A stretch of 64,000 nt of DNA from assembly GCF_004010195.1 (NCBI RefSeq), contig NC_057718.1, positions 20,338,915 through 20,402,914 of the forward strand. Reading direction: 5' to 3'. Below the pieces are notes generated by a model. The model was not told where the DNA came from. It saw nothing but the letters and a program-made list of their open reading frames with translations, and did not search any database. Source of the stretch: Chiloscyllium plagiosum. Taxonomy: Eukaryota. Positions 1 to 11,667 of the stretch are shown here, piece after piece. Both the position numbers and the translations under genes were made by a program. The number at the start of each line of letters is the position of its first letter. Position 1 is the first letter of the stretch.

Positions 1-2860
1 ATCCCAGATGCAAAACTTAAGGGAGGAAATTTCAAACTGCCGGGATTCAAAATGCCAAGTGGCAAACTGTCATTGTCAGGTACTAATACAGGACTGAAGA
101 TGCCAAAAGGTCAGGTGGACCTTTCTGCTCCTGATGTTCAGGGAGATATCAGTGGCCCAAGTCTTGATATGAAAGGCCCAAATATTGATATCAATGCTCC
201 AAGTGTTGATCTTCCTGAAGCAAAATCCAAATGGAGCATGCCAAAATTGGAATTGCCATCCTTTGGTTTATCGGCACCAAAAGGACCAGATGTAGATGTT
301 GATGGATCAGTGAAAGCACCTGGTTTTGATGTATCTGTTCCAAATGTTAAGGGTGATTTTGCTGCACCAAATGTTGATGTGAATCTTCCAAAAGCAGACA
401 CAGATGCAAATATTCCAGCTGCTGAACCTAAAGGAGGAAAATTCAAAATGCCAAAGTTTAACACGCCAAGTGCAAATTTGTCAGCTCCTGATTTGAACTT
501 GAACATGAAAACACCAACTGTGGCCAATGATTTAGATGCTGGATTGAAGGTTCCAAAGTTCAAGAAGCCGAATGTAGACATTTCCGGACCTGATGTGAAT
601 TTAGATGGCAAAGTAAAACTGCCAAAAGCTAACATAACAACCCCAGAGATTAAAGGTGGGATAGGATCTGGTGGCTTAGACTTCAAAACACCCAGGATCG
701 GTGGAGATTACGATATGCCTGACATGAATTTTGAAGTACCTGATATAAAACTTAAAGGTCCAGGAATTAAAAAGCCTTCACTTAACATGTCTGCCGGCAA
801 CATTTCCATTCCAAATATGGATGTCGGTCTACCAACTGGAAATATAGATGTGGCTTCTCCAAAAATACAAGCTGATGCGGAAACTCCACACTTGGATATA
901 AATGCACCAAATATTGGTGACTTCAATGCTGAAGGAAAATTTAAGTTGCCAAAATTTAAATGGCCCACATTTTCAATATCTGGAAACAAACCAAAAATGC
1001 CTGAACTTGATGCAACCGCTCCAGATTTGAAGACAGATTTAAAAGGTCCAGAGGTTGATGTTGGGAGATTAAAAGGAAATGTTGATGTTCCTGATGCAAA
1101 ATGGAAAATGCCAACCCTGAAAGTGCCTTCATTTGGAGTGTCAGGGCCAAAAGGACCCGATGTGGATGTTGATGGTTCGATAAAAGCACCACGTGTTGAT
1201 GTTGCTGTTCCAAACATCAAGGGAAACATTGAGGGTCCAGACATAAATGTTCCAAAGGGAGATATAGATGCAAATATCCAAGATGCAAAACTTAAAGGAG
1301 GAAAATTTAAACTGCCGGGATTCAACGTGCCAAATGGCAAACTGTCATTGTCAGGTACTAATACAGGACTGAAGCTGCCAAAAGGTCAGGTGGATCTTTC
1401 TGCTCCTGATGTTCAGGGAGATATCAATGGCCCAAGTCTTGATATGAAAGGCCCAAATATTGATATCAATGCTCCAAGTGTTGATCTTCCTGAAGCAAAA
1501 TCCAAATGGAGCATGCCAAAATTGGAATTGCCATCCTTTGGTTTATCGGCACCAAAAGGACCAGATGTAGATGTTGATGGTTCAGTGAAAGCACCTGGTT
1601 TTGATGTATCTGTTCCAAATGTTAAGGGTGATTTTGCTGCACCAAATGTTGATGTGAATCTTCCAAAAGCAGACACAGATGCAAATATTCCAGCTGCTGA
1701 ACTGAAAGGAGGAAAATTCATAATGCCAAAGTTTAACATGCCAAGTGCAAATTTGTCAGCTCCTGATTTGAACTTGAACATGAAAACACCAACTGTGGCC
1801 AGCGATTTAGATGCTGGATTGAAGGTTCCGAAGTTCAAGAAGCCGAATGTAGACATTTCCAGACCTGATGTGAATTTAGATGGCAAAGTAAAACTGCCAA
1901 AGGCTGACATAACAACCCCAGAGATTAAAGGTGGGATAGGATCTGGTGGCTTAGACTTCAAAACACCCAGGATCGGTGGAGATTATGATATGCCTGACAT
2001 GGATGTCAGTCTACCAACAGGAAATATAGATGTGGCTACTCCAAAATTACAAGCTGATGTGAAAACTCCACACTTGGATATAAATGCACCAAATGTTGAT
2101 GACTTCAATGCTGAAGGAAAATTTAAGTTGCCAAAATTTAAAAAGCCCACATTTTCAATCTCTGGAAACAAACCAAAAATGCCTGAACTTGATGGAATCG
2201 CTCCAGAATTGAAGACAGATTTAAAAGGTCCAGAGGTTGATATTGGGAGATTAAAAGGAAATGCTGATGTTCCTGATGCAAAATGGAAAATGCCAACCCT
2301 GAAAGTGCCTTCATTTGGAGTGTCAGGGCCAAAAGGACCCGATGTGGATGTTGATGGTTCGATAAAAGCACCACGTGTTGATGTTGCTGTTCCAAACATC
2401 AAGGGAAACATTGAGGGTCCAGATGTTGACATAAATGTTCAAAAGGGAGACATGGATGCAAATATCCCAGATGCAAAACTTAAGGGAGGAAATTTCAAAC
2501 TGCCGGGATTCAACATGCCAAGTGGCAAACTGTCATTGTCGGGTAGTAATACAGGACTGAAGATGCCAAAAGGTCAGGTGGACCTTTCTGCTCCTGATGA
2601 TCAGGGAGATATCAGTCGCCCAAGTCTTGATATGAAAGGTGCAAATATTGACATCAGTGCTTCAAGTGTTGATCTTCCTGAAGCAAAATCCAAATGGAAA
2701 ATGCCAAATCTGGAAACACCATCCTTTAATCTATCAGGACCAAACAGACCAGACGTGGGCGTTGATAGTTCAGTGAAAACAACTGGTTTGAATGCACCTA
2801 TCCCAAATACTAAAGGAAGTTTTGCAGCACCAAATGTTGATATAAAGCTTCCAAAAAAGT
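1..2860 (+). repeat. Coding tandem super-repeat: units start at 1, 1276 and 2464 (1275 and 1188 nt, then a partial degenerating unit)
   Basis: atcc(c/a)agatgcaaaacttaa recurs at 1, 1276 and 2464 with near-identical downstream sequence. Confidence 0.95.
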
Positions 2861-3468
2861 CTGATGATTTGGATGTGAAAATACCCACAATTGCCACTGA
2901 TTATGATATGTCCATTCCAGACATGGACATCAAGCTACCAAAACACAATGTAAGAGGAGATGCAGATATGCACATTCCTAGTGCTGGAACTCAGAAAAAA
3001 ACATGGACTGACCCCAACATAGATATGAAGGGGACGAGGTTCAAAGTTAAGTCGCCAAATCTACCTGATGATTTTCGTGAAGTTGGTGTGGATGTGAGCA
3101 CACCAAGCCTTTATGGCCAAGTGAATGCTCCCAGATTAAATGTAAATAGCAATGAGAATATTAACATGCAGAGTAACTTTTCAAGGGAAACATTTAAAAT
3201 AAGATCATCATCTTTATCTGATCTTGATGATGCACCTACACTGCCAAAAAGTGATTCCAATTTAAAAGCAAGAACTTCCAGTACTCTTCATGTCACCGAT
3301 GATGATTCAAGTAAAAAAAGTATGTTCAAGTTTGGAAAGCTGTTTAACTTCAGTCACAAATCAAAAGGATCTGTTGACTTCACAAAGGCCAAGGCTGCAG
3401 CTTCTTCTGGGACATTTACATCAAAGTTCTCATTGCCAGAACTTGAGCTCTCTGTATCTAAAGACTGA
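1..3468 (+). CDS. AHNAK-family giant repeat protein, 3' part of the large terminal exon (5'-partial)
   Basis: Frame is open from base 1 (IPDAKLKGGNFKLPGFKM...) to TGA at 3466-3468. It contains typical AHNAK/periaxin repeats (KFKMPKF, KGPDVDVDG, APNVDVNLPK). The C-terminus RSSSLSD...KFGKLFNFSHKSKG...LPELELSVSKD resembles the human AHNAK tail as I recall it (RSNSFSD...KFGTFGGLGSKSKG...LPEVELSVSTKKE). Exact paralog unresolved. Confidence 0.92.
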   Translation: MPDAKLKGGNFKLPGFKMPSGKLSLSGTNTGLKMPKGQVDLSAPDVQGDISGPSLDMKGPNIDINAPSVDLPEAKSKWSMPKLELPSFGLSAPKGPDVDVDGSVKAPGFDVSVPNVKGDFAAPNVDVNLPKADTDANIPAAEPKGGKFKMPKFNTPSANLSAPDLNLNMKTPTVANDLDAGLKVPKFKKPNVDISGPDVNLDGKVKLPKANITTPEIKGGIGSGGLDFKTPRIGGDYDMPDMNFEVPDIKLKGPGIKKPSLNMSAGNISIPNMDVGLPTGNIDVASPKIQADAETPHLDINAPNIGDFNAEGKFKLPKFKWPTFSISGNKPKMPELDATAPDLKTDLKGPEVDVGRLKGNVDVPDAKWKMPTLKVPSFGVSGPKGPDVDVDGSIKAPRVDVAVPNIKGNIEGPDINVPKGDIDANIQDAKLKGGKFKLPGFNVPNGKLSLSGTNTGLKLPKGQVDLSAPDVQGDINGPSLDMKGPNIDINAPSVDLPEAKSKWSMPKLELPSFGLSAPKGPDVDVDGSVKAPGFDVSVPNVKGDFAAPNVDVNLPKADTDANIPAAELKGGKFIMPKFNMPSANLSAPDLNLNMKTPTVASDLDAGLKVPKFKKPNVDISRPDVNLDGKVKLPKADITTPEIKGGIGSGGLDFKTPRIGGDYDMPDMDVSLPTGNIDVATPKLQADVKTPHLDINAPNVDDFNAEGKFKLPKFKKPTFSISGNKPKMPELDGIAPELKTDLKGPEVDIGRLKGNADVPDAKWKMPTLKVPSFGVSGPKGPDVDVDGSIKAPRVDVAVPNIKGNIEGPDVDINVQKGDMDANIPDAKLKGGNFKLPGFNMPSGKLSLSGSNTGLKMPKGQVDLSAPDDQGDISRPSLDMKGANIDISASSVDLPEAKSKWKMPNLETPSFNLSGPNRPDVGVDSSVKTTGLNAPIPNTKGSFAAPNVDIKLPKKSDDLDVKIPTIATDYDMSIPDMDIKLPKHNVRGDADMHIPSAGTQKKTWTDPNIDMKGTRFKVKSPNLPDDFREVGVDVSTPSLYGQVNAPRLNVNSNENINMQSNFSRETFKIRSSSLSDLDDAPTLPKSDSNLKARTSSTLHVTDDDSSKKSMFKFGKLFNFSHKSKGSVDFTKAKAAASSGTFTSKFSLPELELSVSKD

Positions 3469-4764
3469 AAATGTGCATCAACTGGTTATTAAGCCAAGAT
3501 GTATCAATGTATCTATATCAGTGACAAATATAAAGTTCTTTCAAATCAATATTACATATATTATTTGATATATAATTGCAGTAACGTAACTCATTCATGT
3601 TGAGGCAAAAACAATCATGTAACCAAACTCAGATTTAAAGATACAAGATAGTAAGTGATCAAGCTTGAGTTTGTTACTGAGTTTGTAACAGACTCAACTA
3701 AGGCATACAATACCAGCTCAATGCTAGAACTTTTAACTTTGTACCTGAATGAAAGGATTTTACTTATATACCTAAATCTCCTGGGAACACCATGAAAAAA
3801 AGCTTTGCATAAAACTTGCTACTGGAGTTCTTTGTATTGATTGTCTACTGCTATCAAACACATGGAAATAGCCATTGCATTTGGGAATTGGGAGTTATTC
3901 TGAGATATGTTCCAAATAATTTGCTATAAAAAATGATAAAATTAAAAAATGGACAAACATTGATATAATTTTTGACAGTCTGAATTCTTTCAAAACAAAT
4001 GTGTTATGAGCTTATATCTTACTAACTTTCTTGAAAATATTTTTCAATTTTGATAACTCCTGAAATCTTATAAATAATATCATTTGATATTTTTAAAAGT
4101 TATTAAATGCTGCATATTCAGCTAAGTCAGGTTATATTTAAACTTTGCTTCATCTATCATACATATAACAGGATTCATTACATAAAAACACAGTTGGTAA
4201 TATGTTGAAATGTGCTAAATATATTTACTTACATTAGAAATGTAAAACTCAGGATTGTACAGACTTTCATAATTCTTCAAAGTTAAAGTCAAGTAGTAAA
4301 ATATTCAGTTTCTTTACTATTTTGAGAATTTAAAACTTTTGGAAGATGTTTTACTGAAACATTTTAAACAGTTATTGTACAGTCTCACATGAGGCCTTCA
4401 AGTGGTCAAAACCTCAGTCTCCATATTAAATGCTATTGCTTTATACCAATATTAAAGACTTAATTTTTATTGAACATTCATGAAATTAATATATTTCTAG
4501 AAATTTGGTAGTAAACACACAACTGTTGTTGGGATAATTCATTTGAAGTATGTCTCTTTGAGTATTAGCTTTTGTGATTCAAATTGTCAACACATTCTAC
4601 TTTTATCTTAACTGTAAATGCATGTAGATTGGAATGTTCTAAACCAGACAAATTGACTTGGATTGATCAAGACACTGCCTTAAGGAATGAACAAGAGAAT
4701 GTCAGTTGCCTACTTAGTTAGATTGAAATAAGCACAATTTGTGTACGCGTTCTTTCTGTCTGTA

Positions 4765-4770
4765 AATAAA
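4765..4770 (+). terminator. Candidate polyadenylation signal of the AHNAK-like gene
   Basis: AATAAA ~1.3 kb after the stop, ending an AT-rich, repeat-free 3' UTR-like stretch, with T/GT-rich sequence downstream. Confidence 0.5.
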
Positions 4771-5449
4771 AGGCATATTTATTAATATTTGTGACTTGCA
4801 GCATGCACACAAGTGTGCCACAATGCAAGCCTGATTGACAAACTTAAATTAGTAGTCAACATAATTCTTATACCACTCAAGGTTGTTTGATATAAGTTGT
4901 TCATTTGCGAAACCACATCTAATGTTGGATATTACATTTTGAGATCTGCAAGCACTGACTGGTTGGGTATGGTTAGAATCTTGTTTGTTGTGTACAACCA
5001 AAGAGACATGCTTCTAAGTAGATGGGACCTATGGTCTATATACATAGTCACACCTGTACTACTATTCATGTACCACTTATTTGTGTGATAAGAGATGGTC
5101 TATTTGGCATGTTGGTAGCATCCCGGGAACACTATTCACATGCTACCTCATATTAGCAGCCTTCACGGAAGGACACAATATCTAAAAAATCCGTGCAAAA
5201 TGTGAAGTTGCTTGTTTCACGTTACTTGTTCATCATCATTAGCTTGCTAATGAGTATGACTGTTTACTAGGAAATTCTGTGCCACTGGTCATGGTTTTTG
5301 CATGACTGCTCAGCCCAATTCTTTAGCTGCTTGTCCAACCACACATTTGGCAGTGTTTCTGACAAGTGGAATTGGACTGTGGCCTTGAGATCGCTGACAT
5401 TCCTTTCTTTCTTTTGCTGAAGAGAGTTCTCAAAGAATTGTGTCCTTTC

Positions 5450-5798
5450 ACAGCATCCCTACGGCACGGAAGTAGGCCGGTCTGCCCATCAGATCCAGGC
5501 CGACCCTCCGAAGAGCAGCCCACCCAGATCCACCCCACCCCTGTAAGCCTGCATTTCCCATGTTTAATTCACCTAGTCTGCACATCCCTGGACACTATGG
5601 ACAATTTAGTATGGCCAATCCAATGAACCTGCACATCTTTGGACTTGGGTGGGGGGGGGGAAACCAAAGCACCTAGTGGAAACCTACACAGACATGGGGA
5701 CAACGTGCAAACTCCACACAGACAGTCACCCAAGGATGGAATCAAACCCAGGTCCCTGGCACTGTGAGGCAGCAGTGCTAACCACTGAGCCACCATGC
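5450..5798 (-). mobile_element. tRNA-derived elasmobranch SINE (HE1-like)
   Basis: Minus strand reads gcatggtggctcagtggttagcactgctgcctcacagtgccagggacctgggtttgattcc (A/B boxes), followed by the conserved HE1 body; homologous to 10885-11201 and 20230-20522. Confidence 0.85.
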
Positions 5799-7828
5799 TA
5801 TCCACTTCAGACAGGAACTTCCTCCAAGTTTCTTCCCATGCGTTGAGATCTATGTTAGTGCTCTTGAGAAAAGCCTTTACGTAGCCTTTGAAATGCTTCC
5901 TTTGTCTTCCTCTTATTTGGGTGCCTTCCTTAAGCTGGGTGAAAAAGGTTTAATTTGGCAATTGAAACACAGGTATCCTAAGCACATAGTCAATACTCCA
6001 AAGAGTAGCAGTGTGAAGCAACTAACCTCACATATTGCAAAGACTTTTTTCGATATTTTGTTCTTCCATTGTAAGCTGAAGTAGACTAGGCATTTTTTTG
6101 GGACTGAAAGTGGGGAATTGGACCTGTTCATGAGCTTATGTGATATACAGTGATAAATGATGAGGGTAGCCTTTATTTGCAGGATGGCTTTGATGTACCT
6201 AATTTCAATATCAAATCTGTGCAGTCAGTAAAGTAGGCTTGTGATAGTCAATGGTAGAGAACCCATTGGCAGATTTCGCAATTCGTGCATCAAGGAAAGG
6301 GAGCTCATTTGACTGTTTCATTTCAAATGTGAATTTGAATATAGGATGGAACACATTGAGATGAGTAGGATATTTTTACATGCAGTTGCAAATTCAAACA
6401 TAACAAATATATCATCTGCATATTGGAAGTATGTAGAGGTGCTTCCTCCCATTTGTATACTGAGTCAAGCAGAACATGAAGGTCCTTGTACAATCTGTGA
6501 TCTGTGCTGATCTCAGCGGCAGGAATACAGTATTACAGGTATTACAGTTTCCAAAGCAAACTTGGAGTAGGCAAAACATCAGCTGGGTTTGGACTATTGG
6601 CCAGACTTAAGAGGCTTCTGGCTACATCCATCATAGGTGTAAATATCCAGAGCTGATTAAAAGTAATATTTTGTGACAAAACCAATTAACATTGAAAAGT
6701 CACTTTATGTCGCTTAAGAAGGCACTTCCTTCACAAAAGGGTGATCAGCAAACCACTTTATTTTTGGCGTCTGACTATGCAATGCAATGGCAATTTCATC
6801 AAGGTACACAGTGTGTTGTCATTGTGATAAGACACATGGCTTTTCCTCATAGAAAAAGGTATGAAGATCTCTGTGAAGCTAGTACTTTTTAACATTGGAA
6901 TGATTTGTTAGCAAGAAAGTGTATTTCTGGTCAAACAAAGCAATTTGTTGAGATGCTAAACATAATTCACTAGGGTTCAATAATAGGTGACTGGTGAAGA
7001 TATAATTAAAAAGATTAGCATGACCATCCAGATTAGGATACACAATCACAATCTAGAATGAATTCCATTTGATCATATTCTACCAGAATTAAGAATCCAT
7101 TATTGTGTTATACTAGCTATCTTTAATTAAATTAATGTTCTGACCTCAACCAAAAATGCCAGGTAACCCTTGCTTGCTTGTGAAAACTTTAAGTTCAAAG
7201 AGCCAGTAGGCTTGTGGTGTATGAAAGCTCTTACACAAATCTAAATGCCCATTGAAAACTTTAAAAATATTATTGTGACTGGACTACCTCAGACAGGTGC
7301 GGTAATATTCAGATTCATTTGTACAGTTTTTTGTACTGTAGCACAAATGGTTTGAGACAAGAATAGACGTAGTTTAGAATGCTGGAATACACTTTTGTAG
7401 CCAAAAGGAAAACTCAGACTGCAGTGTTTTATTATGTGAGGTAGTTTTTAGAAGTAAATTGACTCCCACCCCAAAATACAAGATTCTCAATGAAAAAGGT
7501 CAAAGTCGTGCCATTATGGAGGTGTTTGGGAAACCTTTCAATTTTCCATAAGCCAGACCATAGTTTTTTTGCCACTTCAGTATGGCCATAAAATCACTTT
7601 TGAGATAATCTAGTAGTTTAATTAAAAGTACTCTCAAACCTTTAGGTTTTGATTTAAGAAAATCTTAAAACGTAGAATTTGAAATAAAACATAATATTTG
7701 ATTCCATCAAGATCTAAAAGTTTTCCCAAACAAAAATATTCACCCTTACCAAAATTTCTGTGTTTGAAAAGTCCTGCTGTTTCAATTAACTACATGTACA
7801 ATGAAGAACAAGGCAACTTTCAGCTGTG

Positions 7829-7895
7829 GAGAAAGAGAGAGAGAGAGAGAAAGAGAGGTTGGAGGGTTGGGGGGGGGGGGAGAGAGAGATAGAGA
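7829..7895. repeat. GA-rich microsatellite and G-run
   Basis: gagagagagagagagaaagagag...ggggggggggggagagagagatagag. Confidence 0.85.
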
Positions 7896-8125
7896 CAGGC
7901 ATGCATAAATATACACAAATTATTCAACCATTTTAGTGCTTACTCAATTTCTTTCCATTTTGTTGCCCACAAATTTCTCCCAAAACTTAAATCTCCTAAA
8001 ACTTCAGAACTTTCAGGAGCCCTCTCTCAACCTACAACACAATTTGAACATAAGGTGACAGAAAAGAAATTAATTGTAAGTGAAATGATTACAACTGGAA
8101 ATTGTACTACAAATTCTTAATTTTT

Positions 8126-8517
8126 TCAAGGTTTATTTGATTTTGTATGCCACTGTTTTGGCCACTCTTTCTCCACCCATGTCTCCAGTACTTTTAACAC
8201 ATCCACCCTCTTGTAAAATTTGCACAGGTCAATTAGCTGTGCTACTGTTTGTTCACTGTTCCTCAACAAAAACTCCAAGGTAGGGCTCTGTTGTTTCTGT
8301 TCCAAAAAGCAAAGTTCATCATAGGTCATGCCCCACTTGCTGGCAAAGTTCCTCCAGTTTTTGATAGTTGGGTGGTATGGATCCAACTTTAACCTCAGTG
8401 TATATAGTAAATCTTCATCGTTCATCAAGTCACCGATACAAGGAGGAGAGATGCACAATGATGAATGTTTATGTGTAGTTTCTGAACTGTCTGTACACGA
8501 CTTACTGTCTTTCAGAT
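8126..8517 (-). CDS. EDARADD: EDARADD-family terminal coding exon 6 (death domain)
   Basis: Acceptor cttcttggttgcag|AT at 8519-8518, phase 1. Encodes ...[96 protein letters not shown]..., closely matching the EDARADD death domain ([45 protein letters not shown]). Stop at 8128-8126. Confidence 0.95.
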
Positions 8518-8869
8518 CTGCAACCAAGAAGTGGGGAATTAGCTTTAGTAAATATATTGTAATTTAGCTTCCCATGAAGTTTGATCCCATTTTCACCTTG
8601 AACATCTTTATGTTATTGCATCCAAATTAATAGCTGTTACAACAAAAGTTCCTCCATTTTTTGGGAGTGTGTGGCCCCTCTAAATTTTTTTGCCCAATCA
8701 CATACGCAATCATTGTTAGAGCTGCCTTGTGTGCTGCTTGCATGGGTACTTAGAGGGAAGACGACCAACAATATTAGTTACAGCATTGTAAACTAAACCC
8801 TCTGTAGGCATTCAGGCCCTGTAAAGAAACCAGCACCTCTGTGAAGTAGTATTTATATTTATCATTAGA

Positions 8870-9206
8870 GGCACTCTAAATAAAGATAAACTATTTCCTT
8901 TGTTTGGAGATTCTAAAACCAGGGGGCCTAGTGTGAATTTGGGCCGGACTGTTCAGGAGAGAGGGAAGGAAGCACTCCTATACAAAAAGAGCTGTAGATG
9001 TCTGGAACTGTCTTCCATAAATGGAAGTGGATGGTGGATCAGTTGTTAATGTTAAATCTGAGATAGATTTATTTGTTAAGCAAAGACAGTAAGGGATATG
9101 GGCCAAAGGTAGATAAATCAAGTTAGGCCACAGATCATCCATGATCTCACTGAATGGTGGAATAGGCTTGTGGGACTGAATGGCTTACTTCTGTTCCTAT
9201 GTTCGA
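8870..9206 (+). mobile_element. Degraded CR1 LINE 3' fragment
   Basis: Typical CR1 3' end (...gaatggtggaataggcttg...gaatggcttacttctgttcctatgttc). Confidence 0.7.
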
Positions 9207-9739
9207 CTACAACAGAAACAAAAATCCAAGTTTTCCCAATCCTGATCAACATCTTGTTACACCTGCTGGAAAATGTATTCATGTAGTCATCGGATGAGAA
9301 TTAAATCAACAACTCAGATTTTATGATCCAATATTGGCAGATGTTGAGTTATTTGCTGATATTGAGGATTGAAATGGAACCATAGATTCTGGGAAGTTGA
9401 CATACAATCAAATTTTGAAGTTGTGGTTTGCCTGAATATTTATCTCAATATTTATGCTGACTTATTTGGAGCTGTTTCTAATGGTTGCAGACCCTGCCCA
9501 GGCATGTTGTCCTTTGAGTCAGTAGGGGTATCAAAAACACTTCCACACCAGCATCACATCCCAGCTCTGCATACACTCCCCAACACTGGTATACCTGGCT
9601 CCTCAGATCCATTGTTGTTGGAGAAGAGCTGGGGTTGCAAATGAGGTGGTAGCAGGTCTGGATGGGTGTGGTGGTGTTGTGGAAGGGAAGCTGAGCAGGG
9701 TGCAGGAAGCGTGTAGTAAGGAACTAATTTTTAAAAAAA

Positions 9740-10070
9740 TTTTTCATAGGATATTGCAAGCATTAGCAAGGCCATCGCTTGATGCTCATCCCCAACTGCT
9801 CTTGAATTGTGTGGCTTATCAAGCGATTTCAGAAGGCAGTAATGAGTTAACCACATCAAAAATAATTAAGGCCAGTAAGGTCACCAACCATTAGTGAACA
9901 TATATTTTTACATATTTACATAGTTGTCATGGTCACCATTACCGAGAGCAGCTTAATTGTTAATTAATTGAATTTAAATTTCACCAGCTGCCATTGTGAG
10001 ATTTGAACCCATGGCCTAGGCTCTAGATTACAAGTCTAATGATATTGTCACCACATTGCCACCCCTCCCT
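9740..10070 (-). mobile_element. Degraded SINE, same family as 40470-40800 and ~47120-47465
   Basis: Shared motifs gaatttaaatttcaccagctgccat..gagatttgaacccatg and a catccc..actgctcttgaa tail. Confidence 0.55.
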
Positions 10071-10149
10071 ACTCAGCAACAAAGTTGGATGGGACTCAGA
10101 ATTGAAAATAGATATAAAGAAGATTTAAAAATGCCAAAAATTACTTCTG

Positions 10150-10231
10150 ACGTGGAAGTGCCAGTGTTGGCCTGGGGTGGACAAAGATAAAAATCACACA
10201 ATGCCAGGTTATAGTCCAACAAGTTTATTTG
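10150..10231 (-). mobile_element. Penelope-like 3' terminal fragment (family of 60171-60431)
   Basis: gccagtgttggcctggggtggacaaagataaaaatcacacaatgccaggttatagtccaacaagtttatttg matches the 60181-60340 element. Confidence 0.7.
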
Positions 10232-10884
10232 CCGCCTCACTACAATGTCACCCTAAATGATGGATTCATGCTGCAGCTGGGACTGCAAGTTCCCACAATA
10301 GTCTACAAAATAAGATAAGAATGTATTTTTAAATGCAATCAGTGACACACACCTTTGTTTTGTTGCTGACAGGTCAAGTGGTTGGCTGCAACAAGTCTCA
10401 AATTTGAACTAACAGGTACTCACAGTCTAGATCCACATTTAAGGAACAATAAATTGGAGTACCCATCTAACATGTGGAGGGAGGTCTTTTGAATCAAGGC
10501 TTCAATAAACCTGCAGTACTTTGGTGTAGAGCTTCTGAAACTTAATGCTGCTTTCTGCTAGTTTTAGTAAAGCTGTGTCATTCTGAGTGATTGCAATTTC
10601 ACCATCAGCCTTTTAATGCAGAAGAATCTCCTCATGCCTAGCAAAGAATCAGTCATACCATTCACAGAGAACACACCAGTATCTCTGTCATTCAGTACCT
10701 ATGGGTGTAAATGGGTGCAACAGATATGATATATATTCCTTCCTTACAATAGTTTACAAAACACCTGTTCCTCCATGGGTAATCATTTTATAGGCCTGCC
10801 CCTGAAAGTACCCAAATGCACAAGGCAACTTGAAAAAGATCCCAGTGTATTTGAATTTTAAAACGTGTAATCTCTATTTAAAAT

Positions 10885-11201
10885 AGAATCCCTACAGTGT
10901 ATAAAGAGGACATTTGGCCTATCATGTCTTCGCTGACCCTCTTATGAACATTTCACCCCCAATATCCCTATAACCCCATGTTTCCCACAGCTAATCCACT
11001 AGCCTGCACATCCCTGGACATTATGGGCAATTTAGCATGGCCAATCCACCTAACATGCACATCTTTAGACTGGGGGAGGAAACAGGAGCATCTGGAGGAA
11101 ACCCATGCAGATACATGGAGAATATGCAAATGCCACACAGATAGTCACCCGAGGGCGGAATCAAACCTGGGTCCCTGGTGCTGACTTGAGCCACTGTGCC
11201 A
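10885..11201 (-). mobile_element. HE1-like SINE
   Basis: Homologous to 5450-5798. Confidence 0.85.
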
Positions 11202-11569
11202 TGACAATTCAGATTGTTCTCTTTATAAAAACTCACCAAGAAACTCTACATCTGGAGAAAATATTCCAAATATTTCTTAAAAACTAAGAATTTGGTAAGA
11301 ATCCTACATTCCACTTGATGTAGGATTGTCAACATGTTATTTTTGTTGAGGACACAGCTGGCAGCTTGAAAGAAAAGCAAGCAAGGAGGAAGTAAATGAA
11401 CTACACTTAAATTTAAAGAGATAAAATTCAACCTTATTATCATTCACCATTAAAGATACGTGTAACAATGAAATTGACATGTACCTTAAATGCTTTTTTG
11501 GTTTATGTATACATGCAGAGGAATGATAGGTAGAAACTGTATGGACGAAGGGAGCAATGTTCAAAATCT

Positions 11570-11667
11570 CTCAGCCTTGAAGAAGGATTATAACCAAAAT
11601 GTTGACTTCATCTCCTGATGCTACCTGGCTTGCTGTGTTTTTCCAGCCTCCTGCTTGTCTACCTTGG
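11570..11667 (+). mobile_element. Degenerate Penelope-like terminus
   Basis: ttgaagaaggattataaccaaaatgttgac...tctcctgatgctacctggcttgctgtgtttttccagc resembles the hammerhead-bearing termini. Confidence 0.6.

Noticed and set aside
138..2897. Long antisense ORFs (138-686, 708-1340, 1413-1961, 1983-2432 etc.)
   Set aside because: Shadows of the repetitive, codon-biased AHNAK-like frame; they repeat with the same period and resemble no known protein.
5700..5798. tRNA gene (also at ~11200 and ~20240)
   Set aside because: A/B boxes are SINE heads continuing into the HE1 body; no complete cloverleaf.
8518..8527. ORF-track start 'MVA' of the 133-aa death-domain ORF
   Set aside because: The non-ATG start lies in the intron's acceptor region; the real exon begins at 8517.
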